Part shown: one piece after another, positions 62,158 through 64,000 of the stretch
Position numbering within the stretch: the first letter of the stretch is position 1
Layout: the number at the start of each line of letters is the position of its first letter
Assembly: GCA_947377725.1 (NCBI GenBank)
Contig: CANCGX010000001.1
Coordinates: 626-64,625, forward strand
Direction: 5' to 3'
Source of the DNA: Actinomycetota bacterium
Lineage (GTDB): Bacteria > Actinomycetota > Actinomycetes > Nanopelagicales > Nanopelagicaceae
Length of the DNA: 64,000 bases
Notes under the pieces: model-generated
The model's input: only the letters and a program-made list of their open reading frames with translations
Told to the model about the DNA's origin: nothing
The model's database searches: none
Program-made: the position numbers and the translations under genes

Positions 62158-63612
62158 CTACTTCTTCAGCGAAAGAGTGATGGTCGATTTTGAGGAACCA
62201 GGATTTGATTTATCAACACTGGTAACCAATCCCGCGCCTTTGAAATTTCGACCATCGCCTTTGATGTCAAGAATCGGAAGCAGTTTTTCTAAGTTCAAGT
62301 ATGCAACAAGGAAACCTGGGCGATTTACAGCATCTTTAAATGCCGCTAAATCTCCAAGATTTCCCTTCGCTCGAACTTTGGCAATCACCTGTTGAATTGA
62401 ATTTTGGTCTTCTCCAAGATAAATATTCGCCCCATCAATCTGTATTTGCGAAGTCAATGATCCCAAGATGCCGCCGTTTCTCGTCAGGCGCTTGATAGAA
62501 GCTAGAGCGGATGCGGAGTTCGTTGGGGAGAGGCGAAGTGCTACAAGTGGTTGAGCAGCTGAATTAATGCCCGGGAGAACAATCAACGAAACCGGTCCGC
62601 TGAACAAAGTTTTTAAATCCGCCGGTCTTATACCTATTGATGAAAGTAAACTTTCAGCATTGTTGTCTGCGGAAAGTGCGTCAGCAATCTGGCTACCAAT
62701 GCCCGAGATGCTCACTCCTGCCAAAGTGTTCTGCGGTAAGTCAGCAATATTCGCAGTCGATTGCGATAGGGCCTTCAATGAGGCAGAAGGATTTCCGCGC
62801 GTAAGAAATGTAGCCGCTACAGAAGTCGAAGTGAAATGGATTCCTAAAACAAAACGTCCGGTTGCGGCTTCAATTGTCTTTGTGATGTCATTCAAGCCGT
62901 TATTGCTTGCTAGATCACTAATCAAACCCCGTTCAGCCTGTATGAACCTTTTGGAATCGGCCCATCCAAGAGCTACCTGATCTCCGCCCAATGCGGCAAG
63001 ATCATCTTTGAAGAGTGGATTATCTGTTAAGTGTTTAGGCGAGGAAGCAATTAGATCTAATGTAGATTGATTGGAAGAGAGCAGTACATAGCCGGATTTC
63101 ATCATGAAATGAGTCTCCGGGTTGTGCTTAGCGAAGTAGTACTTCATAGCAGATTCATCTTTTACTGCAAGAACTACTACAGGTTCTACTCCTCTCGCAC
63201 TCTCCACTCCCGCGATTGCATACCGGTTGCCAATCCAATTTTTTGCTTCTGTCCAATTGATAGAATCATTCAAGTTGGCTTGGGTTATAAATGATCCAAC
63301 GGGATCATCTGAATTAAAGCCCTTAAACGTAGATGGGAACTGAGAAACAAAGCGGACGAAATTGATTTTTTGCCCAGCACTTGGATTCAAATCAATTTTC
63401 GCAAAAGCTACAGTGTCACTAGGTAGAACAGATTCAGGTTGGGTTCCACCGCCGGAAAGAAGTGCAAAGGCAGCGAATATGCCAACTGCAATGAGACCAA
63501 CCGCGCTTCCTACCAGAGCAGCTATTTTTCCCTTTGAAAATTTCGAGATAAAAGTTCGAGAAGAATTAGGAGCAGCAGGGACTTGACCATAATCAACTTG
63601 ATTTTCACTCAT
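62158..63612 (-). CDS. DUF3352-like membrane-anchored protein of unknown function
   Basis: N-terminal TM (IAALVGSAVGLIAVGIFAAFALL), then ...SDTVAFAKIDLNPSAGQKINFVRF.... This matches my memory of the actinobacterial DUF3352 family. Confidence 0.6.
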   Translation of the reverse strand: MSENQVDYGQVPAAPNSSRTFISKFSKGKIAALVGSAVGLIAVGIFAAFALLSGGGTQPESVLPSDTVAFAKIDLNPSAGQKINFVRFVSQFPSTFKGFNSDDPVGSFITQANLNDSINWTEAKNWIGNRYAIAGVESARGVEPVVVLAVKDESAMKYYFAKHNPETHFMMKSGYVLLSSNQSTLDLIASSPKHLTDNPLFKDDLAALGGDQVALGWADSKRFIQAERGLISDLASNNGLNDITKTIEAATGRFVLGIHFTSTSVAATFLTRGNPSASLKALSQSTANIADLPQNTLAGVSISGIGSQIADALSADNNAESLLSSIGIRPADLKTLFSGPVSLIVLPGINSAAQPLVALRLSPTNSASALASIKRLTRNGGILGSLTSQIQIDGANIYLGEDQNSIQQVIAKVRAKGNLGDLAAFKDAVNRPGFLVAYLNLEKLLPILDIKGDGRNFKGAGLVTSVDKSNPGSSKSTITLSLKK

Positions 63613-63745
63613 AGGAAAAGAATATTCAAAAATTAGATATTTTTTAACACCTTAAATGGAAGAGACCGGTCACTGAGGCTCGATTTCAACCCCGTGACTA
63701 GGTTAGGCTCCATATGAGCAACAGAACCGGATCGGGGTTATTGAG

Positions 63746-64000
63746 ATGGATTTAACTAAGCAGCTTGCTGGAGCACCAATTTCATGGGGCGTTTGTGAAG
63801 CAAATGGTTGGGGCTATCAACTAGATCCAGAGCGCGTTTTAACAGAGATGAAGGAAGTCGGACTTTCTGCAACCGAGCTTGGTCCTGATGGATATCTTCC
63901 TCAGAACGCTAAAGATCTCGCAAAAGTTTTGAACGACCATGAATTGAATCTATGCGGAGCTTTTGTGCCAATTGTTTTGCACAAACGCGATCGACTTGCG
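63746..64000 (+). CDS. sugar phosphate isomerase/epimerase (xylose-isomerase-like TIM barrel, IolE-like), N-terminal part only
   Basis: My own translation from ATG 63746: MDLTKQLAGAPISWGVCEANGWGYQLDPERVLTEMKEVGLSATELGPDGYLP.... It is open to the window end. It is absent from the ORF track, presumably because it has no stop within the window. Confidence 0.65.
   Translation, partial: MDLTKQLAGAPISWGVCEANGWGYQLDPERVLTEMKEVGLSATELGPDGYLPQNAKDLAKVLNDHELNLCGAFVPIVLHKRDRLA

Overview
This is a 64-kb stretch of core chromosome from a compact, streamlined actinobacterium. GC is roughly mid-40s % by eye. Gene order tracks Mycobacterium/Streptomyces synteny blocks, so a freshwater acI/Nanopelagicales-like lineage is a reasonable guess, but that is inference only. 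By my tally of the gaps the window is well over 90% coding, with many ATGA/TAATG/GTGA start-stop overlaps.

Gene blocks in order:
- rplM(partial)-rpsI-glmM-glmS-PAP2-acpS-alr
- a Liv-type ABC importer plus a secreted alpha/beta hydrolase
- tsaE-tsaB::rimI-tsaD
- CIRCE-groES-groEL
- guaB (lacking its CBS domain)-guaB3-like-guaA
- cyclophilin, PIG-L deacetylase, pcrA
- sucCD-perM-like-purN-purH-folD-mdh-icd
- msiK-type ATPase; corC-trpS-BMP binding protein
- a minus-strand run accD-accE-maf-accA-punA-phosphosugar mutase
- birA, acyl-CoA dehydrogenase
- division-type locus MTHFS / truncated MoeA-like Glp / rimJ / SepX-GlpR-like; pmt
- rsmI-metG-tatD-rsmA-ispE; tRNA-Gln(UUG); glmU-prs-tetR; rplY-pth
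- APC permease, DUF3352 protein, and the start of a sugar-phosphate isomerase/epimerase-like gene

I found no CRISPR array, transposase, integrase, prophage, toxin-antitoxin pair, recognisable defence system or biosynthetic cluster. I do not claim a convincing new multi-gene system.

The items most worth follow-up are:
1. The self-contained Liv importer with a translationally coupled, unclassified secreted hydrolase, which splits the conserved alr/tsaE block.
2. An IMP dehydrogenase with a clean natural deletion of the Bateman (CBS) module.
3. A MoeA/gephyrin-like protein missing about 100 residues of its N-terminal catalytic region, sitting in the Glp-RimJ-GlpR/SepX locus.
4. A recurrent TANNNT-N6-start-codon architecture at 12 starts (plus one at N7), pointing to widespread leaderless transcription and helping to fix start codons.
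5. Several small repeats: a 12-nt copy of the tRNA-Gln 3' end, 3 x 14 nt upstream of the permease, and 3 x 11 nt across the pcrA stop.
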